Shown here: positions 62,974 to 64,000 of the stretch, one piece after another
Numbering within the stretch: position 1 is the first letter of the stretch
Layout of the letters: every line of letters begins with the position of its first letter
Assembly (NCBI GenBank): GCA_012295275.1
Contig: CM022672.1
Location: 28,396,001 to 28,460,000 of the forward strand
Reading direction: 5' to 3'
Source: Chrysomallon squamiferum
Taxonomy: Eukaryota; Animalia; Mollusca
Length of the DNA: 64,000 bases
Made by a program: the position numbers and the translations under genes
Notes under the pieces: generated by a model
The model's input: the letters and a program-made list of their open reading frames with translations, nothing else
Database searches by the model: none
Told to the model about the DNA's origin: nothing

Positions 62974-64000
62974 GGGGACAGGTAACCTAATTTTTTTTTA
63001 AGTTCTTTTCAGATTTGGCTGAAATTTTAATGCAATGTTAGTTATACATTAGTAAAGATACAAAGATTTAAAAAATACATTGAACTTGCATGGAGTTCAG
63101 GTTTGGTCGATTTCATTGGTTTCAGTTAAAAATCTGGATCTCAGCAACTGATAAATCAAATGCTTTCAAATTTTTCATGTAAATGTGCATGTTACAGCAG
63201 AGTTTTTGCTGTTTTTCTATTTAGATTTTTATTTTAATTTTTATGAAATTTTTTAACATGTAAATAACAAATGAATATTTTTGTAAATTATCATTTTTCT
63301 TTGCTCGTCTTTTTTATCAGTATTGATCTGTTATAAAATGGGGAATAGTGTTATGATGTATATCTGAAAATTTTAAGATTCTGTTGAAAATTCACTGAGA
63401 TATAACCAAAAGGCAAAATCAGTTCAGTAAAAAAAAATCTCAATTGAGTAACTTAATGTTAGATTCATCTCAGACCTTTCCTGAAAGTAACTACTTGTCT
63501 TAACTTAGTCTGATAGTTTATGTGTGTGTAAATTTCTGTGAAACAGTGTAGAAACAACTGAGTAAATTTCATAAACAATAGTCAAGAGAGGCAAAGAAAT
63601 GTGGGTTTGCAGTCATGTGATTCATTTTAGCCAGTCATTGTTGCTTATTCAACACTGTCTCAGCTGACATTGTTTCCAGATAATGTGGCCTCCCTTTTGT
63701 AGATGATAATTCATGGAAACAGCTGAATATTTAAAAACAATTGCTATACTATCACACAGTATGAAAGAAGACCTTTTCACAATTGCAGAAAATCAAGAAA
63801 GGTTCAAAATAGTAGAAAATATACATATTCAAACAGAAGTGAATCTTCTATAAATTGTGTTATTACTAAATTACTGAACATAAACAAAGGAAATAAAATG
63901 ACAGGGGTGTTGTGAACATGTATTTATTATGCATATAAGACATCAAGACCAACCAGTTTTCACAAGTAAGATAACATGTGAATAGGAGTTTGACAAAATC
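62974..64000. mobile_element. Kolobok-like copy in inverted orientation, running off the window end
   Basis: TTAA|GGGGACA terminus; reverse-complement matches to the 46394 copy (TTGGCTGAAATTT, TCAACACTGTCT, CTGAACATAAACAAAGGAAATAAAATGA). Confidence 0.72.

Noticed and set aside
1-64000. A novel multi-gene system, tRNA or rRNA genes
   Set aside because: The sequence I could interpret is explained by UBR4 exons, AT-rich introns and TE or simple repeats. No structured RNA gene was recognisable by eye, though small intronic ncRNAs cannot be excluded without a covariance-model search.

Overview
AT-rich animal genomic DNA, probably a lophotrochozoan such as a gastropod mollusc (inferred from repeat types, not established). 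The whole window lies inside one minus-strand gene, UBR4/p600, a giant N-recognin E3/E4 ubiquitin ligase. I traced 101 GT-AG coding exons by hand between 62774 and 223, including the UBR-box zinc finger (39127-38710); the start and stop codons lie outside the window. The introns carry several transposable elements: a nearly intact pogo/Passer-type DD35D transposon (42239-44886) with a single frameshift; a 1.74 kb TIR element with a 7-bp TSD; at least six copies of a Kolobok-like (TTAA, AGGGACA) non-autonomous family in both orientations; a decayed RNase H-bearing LINE; a second LINE RT fragment; a decayed piggyBac transposase; and hAT-type MITEs. There is also a 28-bp minisatellite and several microsatellites. 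I found no convincing novel multi-gene system. All coordinates and family assignments were made by eye, without alignments or database searches.
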